A DNA stretch of 38,013 nucleotides, from assembly GCA_040376505.1 (NCBI GenBank), contig JBEIQK010000002.1, forward strand, positions 1-38,013, given 5' to 3'. Positions 7,745 through 16,884 of the stretch are shown in pieces. Below the pieces are notes generated by a model. It saw nothing but the letters and a program-made list of their open reading frames with translations, was not told the origin of the DNA and ran no database searches. The translations under genes and the position numbers were made by a program. Position 1 is the first letter of the stretch; every line of letters begins with the position of its first letter. Origin of the DNA: Alphaproteobacteria bacterium (GTDB lineage: Bacteria; Myxococcota_A; UBA796; UBA2385).

Positions 7745-9988
7745 GTGAAGCGCTATCTATGTGTTTTGTTGTTGATCTCTTGTATACAGAAGTCTGGAGA
7801 CGCCGATGGCGACGGCATCCTGGACCATGCGGACTGCAAAAGTGAAGACCCGGACATCGCTCCAGGGGTGCCTGAGCTCTGCGACGGCATCGATCAGGAC
7901 TGCGACGGCCTGATCGACGAGGACGCCACCGACGCCACGCTGTGGTTCCTGGACGCCGACGGCGATGGCGAGGGCGATCCCGCGGCGCGCGAGTGGGGCT
8001 GCGAGAGCCCCGGCGGGCTCTTTGTCGACAATGAGCGCGACTGCAACGATCAAGACGCCTCGCTGACCAGCGCCACCCTCTGGTTCTACGACGGCGACGG
8101 CGACGGCGTGGGCGACGCCGAAGACGCCGGCACGGCCGGCTGCCTGCAGCCCTCGGCAGACCATGTGCGGCTGAGCGGGGACTGCGACGACCGCCTGCCC
8201 GAGATCAGCCCCTTGGAGACGGAGACCTGCAATCACCTCGACGATGACTGCGACGGGGAGGCCGACAACGGCGTGTCCTCCACCTGGTATGTCGACGTGG
8301 ACGGCGACGGCGCGGCCGGCGCGTCGGTGACGGGCTGCGCCGACGAGCGGCCAAGCGGCTACCAGTTGGAGAGCGCCGACTGCGACGAGACCGATGAGGA
8401 CGTCTTTTGGGGCGCCCCTGGCGAGTGCAACAACGGCCTGGATGAGGCCTGCGGCGCTGAGGTTTCGCAGTGCTGGACCACCACCCTCGACGGCGACCTG
8501 CACCTCGTCGGCGGGCAGGACGATCTGGTGCTCGGCGCCTCGATGACCACCCTGCCAGACCTCGACGGCGACGGCCAGCGCGAGCTGCTCATCGGCGCCA
8601 CCGGTCTCAATTCCGACGCCGCACGAAACGCGGTGGGCGAGGGCGGGGCCTTCCTGGTCTTGGGCGGCCGGCGCGGCGAGGTCGATGTCTGGAGCGACCC
8701 GGCGGTGCGGCGCATCTACGGCGCCGCCTTTGAAGACGGGGCCGGCGATGAGGTGGTGGTGGGCGACTTCGACCACGACGGCCTCGACGACATCGTGATC
8801 ACCGCCGACTTCCATGATCCGCTCAACCTCACAACCATCACCAACACCACCGACACCATCTCCAACGCCGGCGGCGCCTGGCTGATCAGCGGCGAGACCC
8901 TGGCCAGCACCACCGGTGACCTCCGGGTGAGCGAGGTGGCCAGCCTCTCGATCCTCGGCGCCTACCAGGGCGACTGGCTCGGGGAAGGCGCAGCCAACGG
9001 CGGCGACCTCAATGGCGACGGCATCGCCGACCTGCTGATCGGCGCCAACGGCGACTTTCTCGACTCGGGCAGCAGCGATGTGCCCGATGATGCCAACGCT
9101 GGCGCAGTCTTTGTGGTCTTCGGTCGAGAGGGCGGCTGGGATGCTTCGGTGTACTCCACCGACCTCGCCAGCGGTGGCTGGGCCTTGGAGGTCAACGGCC
9201 CCCTCGGCGACGGCCTGCGCATCGGCGACAAGCTGCTGGGGCAGGTCGATCTCTCCAACGATGGCATCGACGACCTGGTGGTGAGCGCCTGGCACGATGA
9301 AGGCGAGCGCGGCGGCGCCTATGTCCTGAGCGAGTTCCCGTCGGGCGGGCCCTCCGCCATGCCCTGCGCGCTGGAGGTGGGGGTCTGCGCCAACGGGCCC
9401 GAGGTGACCTTCATCGACGGGGTCTCCACCGACAGCATGAGCGCCTACTCCATGGCCGGCGCGCCCAACCTGCTCGGCGATGGGTACGACGGCGTGGTCT
9501 TCACGGCGCCGGGCGACGCGTCGCAGGGGGTGCGACGGGGCGGGGCGGTCTTTTTGATGAGCGGCGACACCTTCGAGGCTGGCGTGGCGCTCTCCCTGCG
9601 CGAGAGCGGGCTGCTCACCATCTACGGCGATGAGGCCGAGCAGTGGTTCGGCAACGCCGTGGCGGCCGGCGCCGATGTCGACGGAGACGGCGAGGGCGAC
9701 CTGGTCATCTCGGCGCGGGCCAGCGCCCTCGACTATGAGGGCACCACCTGGTTCTTCCGCGGTCCCTTTGTGGCCGGCGGCACCCTGCGCTCGAGCGAGG
9801 CCGACGCCATCATCCGGGGCACCGACATCTCCAGCGGGGCCGGCGAGCAGCTCGAGCTGATCCCCCACCCCGACGGGGCGCTGGTGGCGGTGGGGGCGCC
9901 GGGCTACGACGTTCCCACCGGCGATGACACCAGCGTCTATGTCGATGGCGGCGGCGTCTTCGTCTTTTACTCGGGCTTCGGGCTGTAG
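7745..9988 (+). CDS. Lipoprotein with N-terminal MopE-like Cys/Asp repeats and C-terminal FG-GAP (integrin-alpha-like) beta-propeller
   Basis: GTG start after GGAGG, lipobox LISC, DCDD...CDGxDxDCDG repeats, then [61 protein letters not shown]. Confidence 0.85.
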   Translation: MKRYLCVLLLISCIQKSGDADGDGILDHADCKSEDPDIAPGVPELCDGIDQDCDGLIDEDATDATLWFLDADGDGEGDPAAREWGCESPGGLFVDNERDCNDQDASLTSATLWFYDGDGDGVGDAEDAGTAGCLQPSADHVRLSGDCDDRLPEISPLETETCNHLDDDCDGEADNGVSSTWYVDVDGDGAAGASVTGCADERPSGYQLESADCDETDEDVFWGAPGECNNGLDEACGAEVSQCWTTTLDGDLHLVGGQDDLVLGASMTTLPDLDGDGQRELLIGATGLNSDAARNAVGEGGAFLVLGGRRGEVDVWSDPAVRRIYGAAFEDGAGDEVVVGDFDHDGLDDIVITADFHDPLNLTTITNTTDTISNAGGAWLISGETLASTTGDLRVSEVASLSILGAYQGDWLGEGAANGGDLNGDGIADLLIGANGDFLDSGSSDVPDDANAGAVFVVFGREGGWDASVYSTDLASGGWALEVNGPLGDGLRIGDKLLGQVDLSNDGIDDLVVSAWHDEGERGGAYVLSEFPSGGPSAMPCALEVGVCANGPEVTFIDGVSTDSMSAYSMAGAPNLLGDGYDGVVFTAPGDASQGVRRGGAVFLMSGDTFEAGVALSLRESGLLTIYGDEAEQWFGNAVAAGADVDGDGEGDLVISARASALDYEGTTWFFRGPFVAGGTLRSSEADAIIRGTDISSGAGEQLELIPHPDGALVAVGAPGYDVPTGDDTSVYVDGGGVFVFYSGFGL

Positions 9989-11136
9989 GTCATCTGGATG
10001 CCGGCCGCGGCGGCGACGATGCCGAAGCCGCCGATCACGCCGCCGGCCACAGCCCCTGCCACCAACGGGCCATGGATGGACTGGCGGTAGTCGCGCTGGT
10101 CGATGGTCTGCTCCCAGTCGGGCTCGTAGCGAACCCGGCCGGCCTGGGTGACGCAAAAGGCCATGCTGGTGAGGCCGAGACCGGCGGCCACGAGCCCCCC
10201 GGCGGTCAGGGCGGTTCCCCGCTGCGTGCGCAGGGCGGCCGGGTCGACCGGGGCCGGCGGCAGGCGGGTCCAGGCGCCGTCGTAGCGCCAGGTGGCGTCG
10301 GCGGTGCGCAGCCAGGCGGTCTGCTTGGGGTGGCCGAGGTCGAGCAGGGTGGAGACCAGCGGATCGTTGGGGAAGGCCTGGATCGGCAGGGCGGCCAGCG
10401 AGCGCGGATCGACGAGGTGGGCCGGCAGGGCGGCGTCGACGCGCACCGTCCAGGTGAGGGTGGGGGTGCCTGGCACCTGAACGAGGTGGGTGCCGGCCGA
10501 GAGGCGGATCACGCCGGCCTCGGGGCTGCGGGCCTGGCCGTCGATCCACAGGGTCTGCACGGCGCCGAGCACGCGCAGCTCGGCCACCTCGCGGAGGGTC
10601 TCGCGGGAGGCCTCGAAGAGGGGCTGGCCCTCGGGGGGGTAGTTGGTGTCCCAGACGAGGCCGGGCTTGTACTGCACCGCCTGGGCGAAGGACTGGCGCG
10701 CGGCCTCGGTGCCCTCGACCTTCACGGAGATGATGCCGCGGAGGTAGTGGAGTTGGGCGATGGTGCTGGCCTCGGCCGGCTCTCCCAGGCAGGGCACCGA
10801 GCTGAGGGCGCGCTCCAGCGTCTGGATGGCCAGGGGCCAGCGCTGGCCCTTCACCGCGGCCTCGCCGTCGGAGAGGGCCTTGAGCAGCTCGGAGTTGGAG
10901 GTGGGCCGGCTGCAGGAGGGGTCGATGCGCCCATCGCCGAAGAGGATGGCCTGGCCGTCGCTGGCCCGTTGCAGGAAGGCGGCGATCGGGGTGGGGTCGA
11001 GGCTCCACGGGGGGACGGCCGCATCGGCGGCGACGGCCTTGACCGCGGCGCTGGGGTCTCCTTCGTGCAGGAGCAGCTCATCGGCGTGGGCGAAAGCGGG
11101 AAACAGCAAGACAAACAGGGTCGAGTACAGGCTCAC
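9967..11136 (-). CDS. Secreted/membrane protein with TPR-like helices, PEGA-like domain and C-terminal hydrophobic segments
   Basis: Likely GTG start at 11136 with GGAGA RBS, signal peptide ending AFAHA, LHYLRG...ARQSFAQA helices, LWIDG...[10 protein letters not shown], two Gly-rich hydrophobic stretches. The 5' extension in the ORF track is antisense to the kinase. Confidence 0.65.
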   Translation of the reverse strand: MSLYSTLFVLLFPAFAHADELLLHEGDPSAAVKAVAADAAVPPWSLDPTPIAAFLQRASDGQAILFGDGRIDPSCSRPTSNSELLKALSDGEAAVKGQRWPLAIQTLERALSSVPCLGEPAEASTIAQLHYLRGIISVKVEGTEAARQSFAQAVQYKPGLVWDTNYPPEGQPLFEASRETLREVAELRVLGAVQTLWIDGQARSPEAGVIRLSAGTHLVQVPGTPTLTWTVRVDAALPAHLVDPRSLAALPIQAFPNDPLVSTLLDLGHPKQTAWLRTADATWRYDGAWTRLPPAPVDPAALRTQRGTALTAGGLVAAGLGLTSMAFCVTQAGRVRYEPDWEQTIDQRDYRQSIHGPLVAGAVAGGVIGGFGIVAAAAGIQMTYSPKPE

Positions 11137-11196
11137 AGTGTCTCCAACCAAAGTCGATGCTGCGCGGAGCGGAGGCCCCACGATAGGGGTGTAGGG

Positions 11197-12615
11197 ATGC
11201 TGGCGACCGGAACGATCATTGCGGGCAAATACGAGGTGGAATCCACCCTCGGCAGCGGGGGTATGGCCACCGTCTATCTCGTTCGCCACCTCACGCTGGA
11301 GGCGCGCTTCGCGCTTAAGGTGTCGCATGCGCACTCGCCGGGCCTGCTGCAGCGCTTTGTGCTCGAAGGGCAGCTGCAGGCGCGGCTGCACCACCCCGGC
11401 GTGGTCAAGGTGCAAGACATCATCGATGTCCACGGCGCCCCCGGTCTGATCATGGAGTATGTAGCGGGCGGAAACCTCGACACCTGGTGTCAGGTGCGGC
11501 CGCTGCACGAGCTCGACGAGGTCCGGCGGCTGTACCGGGCCCTGGTGGAGGCCGTGGGGGCCGCTCACTCCGCCGAGATCGTCCACCGCGATCTCAAGCC
11601 GGCCAACGTGCTCCTCACCGGTGATCCGGCGGCGCCGATGCCGCGGGTCACCGACTTTGGCATCGCCAAGGTGCTCGACAGCGCCAGCAGCCCCACCCGC
11701 AGCAACATGGGCTTTGGCACGGTGGCCTACATGGCCCCCGAGCAGGCCTATGACGCGCGCTCGGTCGACAAGCGGGCCGACATCTTCGCGCTGGGCTGCA
11801 TCCTCTACGAGATGATCACCGGCGAGCGGGCCTACCCCGAGTACAACCCGGCGATGGATGAGGAGACGCGCCGGCGCGACATGGACCCGCGTAAGGTGCG
11901 GCCCGAGACCCCCGAGGCCTTGGCCCAGGCGGTGGTTCGCTGCCTGCGCTTTCGGCGCGAAGAGCGGCCCCAGTCCTGCAAGGAGCTCCTCGTTCTGCTC
12001 GATGGGGGCAGCACCCCCGGCGGGGTGGGCGCTACACCGGTTCCCATCACCCGGCCCGACGCTGGGCATACGCTGCCCATCGATCTCCTCGGGGAGCCCC
12101 TGCCGCCGGTCGATGCGGGCAACCCCTGGCTGCTGCCGGGGATCCTGGTGGGCATCACGGCCCTGCTCGCGGTGGGCCTGGGCTTTCGCCTTCAGGAGCC
12201 CGAGCCGCCGCCCGAGTCCCATCCCTTGGGGGCTCCGGTGGTGGTGAATAACGATCCGCCGAACGAGGGGTCGACGGGGGCGGGCGAGGCCAATGGGTCA
12301 ACGCCTGCGGAGCCGCTGATTGACTCTCCCCCGCCGCCTGTCGGCCCAAGGCCAAAGAAGGCGGAGAACCCCAAGCCGCCCCCGCCGGAAGAACCGCCTG
12401 GAGAGGTGCTGATCAGCAGCAAGCCGATGAGCCCCTTCACCTTCCGTGGCAAGAGCTACAAGGCGGACTTTCACCGCCTCTCGGCGCCGCCGGGCGACCA
12501 CCTCATCACCTATGTGGGCCCCGACGGCGTGAGCAAGTCGATCTCAGTTGAGGTGAAGTCCGGCAAAGAGGTGGGCGCCTGCTGGGGCTTCAACATCAAC
12601 GACCGATGCCTATGA
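11197..12615 (+). CDS. Membrane-anchored Ser/Thr protein kinase (Hanks type)
   Basis: Start MLATGTII at 11197; LGSGGMATVY, ALK, HRDLKPAN, DFG, YMAPE, DIFALG; TM WLLPGILVGITALLAVGLGF; Pro-rich linker; small C-terminal domain ending CWGFNINDRCL. Confidence 0.93.
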   Translation: MLATGTIIAGKYEVESTLGSGGMATVYLVRHLTLEARFALKVSHAHSPGLLQRFVLEGQLQARLHHPGVVKVQDIIDVHGAPGLIMEYVAGGNLDTWCQVRPLHELDEVRRLYRALVEAVGAAHSAEIVHRDLKPANVLLTGDPAAPMPRVTDFGIAKVLDSASSPTRSNMGFGTVAYMAPEQAYDARSVDKRADIFALGCILYEMITGERAYPEYNPAMDEETRRRDMDPRKVRPETPEALAQAVVRCLRFRREERPQSCKELLVLLDGGSTPGGVGATPVPITRPDAGHTLPIDLLGEPLPPVDAGNPWLLPGILVGITALLAVGLGFRLQEPEPPPESHPLGAPVVVNNDPPNEGSTGAGEANGSTPAEPLIDSPPPPVGPRPKKAENPKPPPPEEPPGEVLISSKPMSPFTFRGKSYKADFHRLSAPPGDHLITYVGPDGVSKSISVEVKSGKEVGACWGFNINDRCL

Positions 12616-14121
12616 GCCCGGCCGCCGCAGGTCGAACTCACGAATCAGGTTGTAGAGGTGGCTGCGGGTGAGGTCGAGGCGGCGGGCCGCCACCGACACA
12701 TTCCAGTCGACGGCGGCCAGGGTCTCGCCGACGAGGCGGGCCTGAAACTGGCGGGTGGCGGCCTGAAACGACAGCTCCGGCGGCGGGCTGGTGGGGCTCT
12801 GGCCCCGCTGGGGGGCCTCGGGAAAGACGTGGCGGGTCTCCAGCAGGCCGCCGCCGTCGAGTTGGGCGCGCACCACGGCGGCCTCGATGGCGTGGCCCAG
12901 TTCGCGCACATTGCCCGGCCAGGAGGCGGCCTGCAGGGCGGCGGCGCAGGCGGCGGAGAGGCGCAGGGGCTGGAGCTGGTGCTGCTTGCAGGTCTCCTCG
13001 ACAAACCAGGTGGCCAGCACCGGCACGTCCTCGGCCCGCTCGGCCAGGGCGGGCATCTTCAGGGGCACCACATGCAGGCGGTAGTAGAGGTCCTCGCGAA
13101 AGCGCTTCTCGGCCACGGCCTTCTTGAGGTCGACGCTGGTGGCGGCGATGATGCGCACATCGGCGGTGGCCTGCCGGGTGGAGCCCAGCGCGTAGTAGGT
13201 CTTCGACTGCAAGAGCTGCAGCAGCTTGGCCTGGGCGGAGAGGGGCAACTCGGCGATCTCATCGAGGAAGAGCACGCCGCCGTCGGCGGCCTCGACCTTG
13301 CCGGTCATCTTGCGGCTGGCGGCCGAGTGTGCGCCCTGGGCGGCGCCGAAGAGCTCGCTCTCAACGAGGTTCTCGGGCAGGGTGGCGCAGTTGAGCTCGA
13401 TGAAGGGCCGGGGGTGGCGGCGGCTGTTGAGCCAGATCAGGCGGGCCACGGCGGTCTTGCCGGTGCCGGAGGGGCCGGTGATCAGCACCGTCATGTCGAG
13501 GGGGGAGACCAGGGCGACCTGGCGCAGCACGTCGGCCATCGCCCGGCTGCGGCCGATGAAGTTGGGGGTCTTGATCTGGGTGCGCACCGCGACGGTGTGG
13601 TCGAGGGCGGCCTCGGCCCGTGCCTGGAGCTGCAGACGCTCGGCCAGGGCGACGAGGTGCCGAGCGAAGAGCTCGACCAGGGCTTGATCTTCATCGGCGA
13701 AGGGGCCGTTTGGCTGGCGGCCTTGCAGGTAGACCACCCCCAGCTTGCCGATCGGCGCGCAGAGCACGGCCTCGATGCGCAGGGCCTGCACGCTCTGGTG
13801 GCTGGCGAAGCGGGGGTCGTTCAAGGCGGAGACGCTGCGCAGGGTGCGCCCGCCGCTGATGGCGTCGGCGACGATGCCGCGGGAGATGCCGGCCCGCACA
13901 TTGACCAGCTCGGCCTCGTCAAAGCCCTGGGCGAGGCCGCAGGGCTCGGCGGCGCCCTCGCGCTCCAGCTCGACATAGGCCTTGCGGGCGCGGGTGGCGG
14001 CCACCACCAGCGAGAGGGCCTCGCGCAGCAGGGCGGGGGGATCGGCCACCTCGGCGAGCTGGATCAAGCGGAGGTAGAAGTCCCGCTCGGCGCGGAGGCG
14101 GTCGGGCTCGGCGGTGTGCAT
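12610..14121 (-). CDS. GAF-AAA+-HTH (NtrC/Fis-family) enhancer-binding-type regulator with degenerate GAFTGA loop
   Basis: GAF (VLCAPI...VVYLQ), Walker A GPSGTGKT, ESELFG, Walker B LFLDEI, FREDLYYRL, WPGNVREL, C-terminal HTH (WNVSVAARRLDLTRSHLY). Confidence 0.9.
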   Translation of the reverse strand: MHTAEPDRLRAERDFYLRLIQLAEVADPPALLREALSLVVAATRARKAYVELEREGAAEPCGLAQGFDEAELVNVRAGISRGIVADAISGGRTLRSVSALNDPRFASHQSVQALRIEAVLCAPIGKLGVVYLQGRQPNGPFADEDQALVELFARHLVALAERLQLQARAEAALDHTVAVRTQIKTPNFIGRSRAMADVLRQVALVSPLDMTVLITGPSGTGKTAVARLIWLNSRRHPRPFIELNCATLPENLVESELFGAAQGAHSAASRKMTGKVEAADGGVLFLDEIAELPLSAQAKLLQLLQSKTYYALGSTRQATADVRIIAATSVDLKKAVAEKRFREDLYYRLHVVPLKMPALAERAEDVPVLATWFVEETCKQHQLQPLRLSAACAAALQAASWPGNVRELGHAIEAAVVRAQLDGGGLLETRHVFPEAPQRGQSPTSPPPELSFQAATRQFQARLVGETLAAVDWNVSVAARRLDLTRSHLYNLIREFDLRRPGS

Positions 14122-14256
14122 GCAGGCTCCCAGGGCCGGTCGGTCGTAACCGGTTGGGGCTGCCTGCTGACGTCGGCTGGAGCGACGGAGGCCTCGCTTT
14201 GTTTGGGCCTCACACCCTGCGATGACGGCGGCCCGATGGGCATCAGCGGCGAGGGG

Positions 14257-14356
14257 TGGCGGAAGGTGATGGGAGTCGAACCCACCGAGCGGCGCCTCTC
14301 AGCGCGCCCCACCGGCTTTGAAGGCCGGGGCCGGCACCAGCCTGGCAACACCCTCC
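14257..14356 (-). tRNA. selC: tRNA-Sec (anticodon UCA)
   Basis: Reverse complement folds as: 8-bp acceptor GGAGGGTG/CACCTTCC, D arm with TGGT loop, anticodon arm CCGGC-CTTCAAA-GCCGG, long variable arm, T arm GTGGG-TTCGACT-CCCAT, discriminator G and encoded CCA; 100 nt. Confidence 0.95.
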
Positions 14357-14464
14357 ACGCTGCCGGTAACACTGCGCTTCCGGGTCGTCGCGGTGCAGCG
14401 CGGCCCCGCCTCCGTTAGGGCAGAGGCCTTGCGGGGGCCGGCGGCTCCGGCCAGCGGGGAGCCC

Positions 14465-15274
14465 ATGGCGCAGCCCTTTCACGCGATCGTGGCGATCGAC
14501 ACGCCCAGCGGCACGGCCTACGGAAACGTTCGCCGCCTGAGCATGGAGACCGTGGTCTTCGAGCTGGAGCGCGCGCTCGTCACCAGCGCCGAGATGCCAT
14601 GGCGCATGGAGGTGCCCGGCCTGCCCGCCGTCGCCGGTGGGCGCCTCGTCCTGCGCGATGTGCGCCCGGTGCCCAATCTCGGGGTCTACTCCCACAAGGC
14701 CCGCCTCATCGAGCTCGCCGAGGGTGCCGGGGCCCTGCTCGAAGGATGGCTCAGCGCCACCGCCGAAGGGGGCGAGCTGCCCGAGGTCGACGCCAGCACC
14801 TCGGTCTGGACCGGCGTGCTGGCCGAGGCCAACCCCCTGACCTCGGCCACGGTGCTGAGCCGCTACGCCGCGCGCCTCGCGGGCGGGCACTCCTCCTCCA
14901 CCCACCAGTCGGCGGGCGGCGAGGGGCGTGACTCCGGGCGCCGGGTCGTCCGAAACGCGATGCGCGCCGGCATTCAGCGGGCCCGACCCCCCGAGGTGGC
15001 CGATCCCCGCTGCCAGCGCGCCCCCGGTCGGGTGGAGGTGCGCTTCCTCAGCGCCGCCACCCTGCGCGAGGCCTGGCAAGCCCACCTCTGTCGGGCTGGC
15101 CTCTTTGTGCCCCTCCACGAGCTCGACGCTGAGCTGATCCTCGACCTCGTGCTGCCCGATGGGCTGGTCCTCTCCTGCCCCGCCCGGGTGGTGGCGCCGA
15201 TGTCCAACGGCACCGGCCTCGCCGTGTCGATGACCGAGGAGCAGCGCCGCGCCCTGGAGGCCGAGGTCGGCTGA
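14465..15274 (+). CDS. Hypothetical protein with one or two degenerate PilZ-like domains
   Basis: ATG at 14465 after GGGGAG. C-terminal VRFLSAATLREAWQAHLCRAGLFVP...LVLPDG...CPARVV...GTGL resembles type IV pilus PilZ-like domains. Confidence 0.5.
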   Translation: MAQPFHAIVAIDTPSGTAYGNVRRLSMETVVFELERALVTSAEMPWRMEVPGLPAVAGGRLVLRDVRPVPNLGVYSHKARLIELAEGAGALLEGWLSATAEGGELPEVDASTSVWTGVLAEANPLTSATVLSRYAARLAGGHSSSTHQSAGGEGRDSGRRVVRNAMRAGIQRARPPEVADPRCQRAPGRVEVRFLSAATLREAWQAHLCRAGLFVPLHELDAELILDLVLPDGLVLSCPARVVAPMSNGTGLAVSMTEEQRRALEAEVG

Positions 15275-15465
15275 GCTGGAGGGGAATGCAGGCCTGGCGG
15301 TGGCGTCTGGAAGCCTGCCTTGGTTGCGGGGGATCTCTCGTTTCGAGATTTTCTGGCCTGAATCGTCGCTGGATGAGGAATCGAGGTCTGGCGGGTGGCG
15401 CGGCTTCGGGAGTATTCAGGCACATCGCGCCTCGCTGATGGGGCCTCCTCGATGGGACCCCTGCC

Positions 15466-15987
15466 ATGAACGACGCCTCCTCGCTCTCCCCCCGCGCACT
15501 GGGGCGCCGATCGGAGGCCCCGGCGGCGGCTCCCGAGGCCCCCCAGGGCGCGCCCAGCACCCTCCTCCTGCTGACCCGGCAGATCGAGGATGAGCACCAC
15601 GCCGCGCTGCGCGACGAGCCGGCCCGCATCATCGAGCGCCTCGCGGGCGCGCACCCGACCCTGTGGCGGCCGCTCCAGCAGCTCTTTGGCCTCCTGCACC
15701 ACCACCTGTGGAAGGAGGCGAACATGCTGTACCCGGCCATCCGCCTCTTCGCGGCGGGAGAAGACGCCGGCGGGGGCCTCGTGGGGCTGGTGCGCCAGGC
15801 CCGCTTTGAGCATGGGCGGATGCTGGGCCTGATCGACGATCTGCGGCCGCAGATGGGCCTCACCGGGGAGGTGGCCCCCGCGCTGTGGGCCACCCTGGAG
15901 CGCATCGAGGCGCAGATCGCCCTCGAAGAAGATCAGCTCTTCACCAGCCTCCTCGCCCTGCTGGGCGTCGACGAAGAAGACCTGTAG
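15466..15987 (+). CDS. Hemerythrin/HHE-like four-helix-bundle protein
   Basis: EHHAAL, HLWKEANMLYP, FEH, QIALEEDQLF pattern as in RIC/YtfE-type HHE domains. Confidence 0.7.
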   Translation: MNDASSLSPRALGRRSEAPAAAPEAPQGAPSTLLLLTRQIEDEHHAALRDEPARIIERLAGAHPTLWRPLQQLFGLLHHHLWKEANMLYPAIRLFAAGEDAGGGLVGLVRQARFEHGRMLGLIDDLRPQMGLTGEVAPALWATLERIEAQIALEEDQLFTSLLALLGVDEEDL

Positions 15988-15990
15988 GCC

Positions 15991-16884
15991 CTACTCGGGG
16001 CGGGCTTCGCGGCGCATCAGGTTGTCGAGGGCGAGGTGGGCCTTGAGCTTGCCGCTGGCGATGTGCTGCAGCGCCTCGGTGATCGGCAGGTCGACCCCCT
16101 TGCGCGCCGCGAGCTGGTTGAGCGCGAGGCAGTCGCGGTGGACCCCCTCGTCGGTGGCGCCTTGGCGCGCCATGCGCAGGCCGGCCTGCCGACCGGGGTG
16201 ATCGGGGTGGTGGGCGCAGGCCACGAGGTCGCCCACCCCCGCGAGGCCGAGGAAGGTGCGCGGATCGGCGCCCAGGGCCGCGCCCAGCCGGCTGGCCTCG
16301 GCGAGGCCGCGGGTGAGCATCACCGCCTGGCCGCCGACGCCGAGGGACAGCGCGTCGGCGATGCCCACCGCCACGGCCAGCACGTTGACCATGGCGCTCG
16401 CGACCTCGACCCCGCGCAGATCGCGGCTGGTGTAGACCCGGCAGATCGGCGAGTGCAGGGCCGCCTGACACAGCGCCGAGACCTCGTCGTAGGTGCTGGC
16501 CGCCACCAGCGCGCCGGGGCGCCGGGCGGTCACCTCGCTGGCCAAGGTGGGGCCGGCCAGCACGCCCACGCGCAAGGCCGCGCTCTCCTGGGTGATGACC
16601 TCGGTGAGAAAGGCGCCGCCATCGGGCTCGATGCCGCGGGCGGCCACCACCACCTTGTGGGCCGGCCCGGGCTTTGCCTGGCGCACCACCTCGCGCACGT
16701 TGGCCGGCGGCACGGCGAGGATCAGCAACTCGACCTCGCGGGCCAGGGCGCCCAGGTTGGGGGTGCCGGGAAAGCCGCCGGGCGGGCGGCCGCGGTAGCC
16801 GATGCGCGGCAGGTTGCCGGCCTCTGCGACGAGCATGGCCAGGGCGCGACCCCAGGCGCCATTGCCGATGATGCCGACGTTCAT
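15991..16884 (-). CDS. GpsA (NAD(P)H-dependent glycerol-3-phosphate dehydrogenase) homolog with degenerate active site
   Basis: Start MNVGIIGNGAWG at 16884; LAVP, LAGPTLASEV, RVYTSRDLRGVE, LTRGLAE, FLGLAGVGDL, DLPITE; catalytic motifs altered (see findings). Confidence 0.85.
   Translation of the reverse strand: MNVGIIGNGAWGRALAMLVAEAGNLPRIGYRGRPPGGFPGTPNLGALAREVELLILAVPPANVREVVRQAKPGPAHKVVVAARGIEPDGGAFLTEVITQESAALRVGVLAGPTLASEVTARRPGALVAASTYDEVSALCQAALHSPICRVYTSRDLRGVEVASAMVNVLAVAVGIADALSLGVGGQAVMLTRGLAEASRLGAALGADPRTFLGLAGVGDLVACAHHPDHPGRQAGLRMARQGATDEGVHRDCLALNQLAARKGVDLPITEALQHIASGKLKAHLALDNLMRREARPE

Noticed and set aside
1-9000. Repeated GACTGCGACGAC-like motifs as a CRISPR array or DNA repeat
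   Set aside because: They are in-frame codons of Cys/Asp protein repeats, degenerate and irregularly spaced; no cas genes.
7757-11008. Very long alternative-frame ORFs (e.g. 7757-11008 minus, 24798-27878 plus, 16968-19073 plus, 863-2143 plus)
   Set aside because: Shadow ORFs typical of high-GC DNA: Arg/Gly/Pro-rich, no motifs, and overlapping well-supported genes.
7709-14256. Genomic island integrated at the selC 3' end
   Set aside because: selC is a known integration hotspot and some patches are AT-richer, but I found no integrase and no duplicated tRNA 3' end.
14318-14464. 5' extensions given in the ORF track (starts 14318, 10072, 4296, 17196, 25359, 12222)
   Set aside because: They overlap the tRNA or neighbouring genes; downstream starts with an RBS or stop/start overlap match the domain boundaries better.
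15275-15465. Structured ncRNA or riboswitch upstream of the hemerythrin-like gene (GCCTGAAT/ATTCAGGC and TCTCG-TTT-CGAGA inverted repeats)
   Set aside because: Only short stems and no riboswitch consensus I recognise; an Rfam search would be needed.
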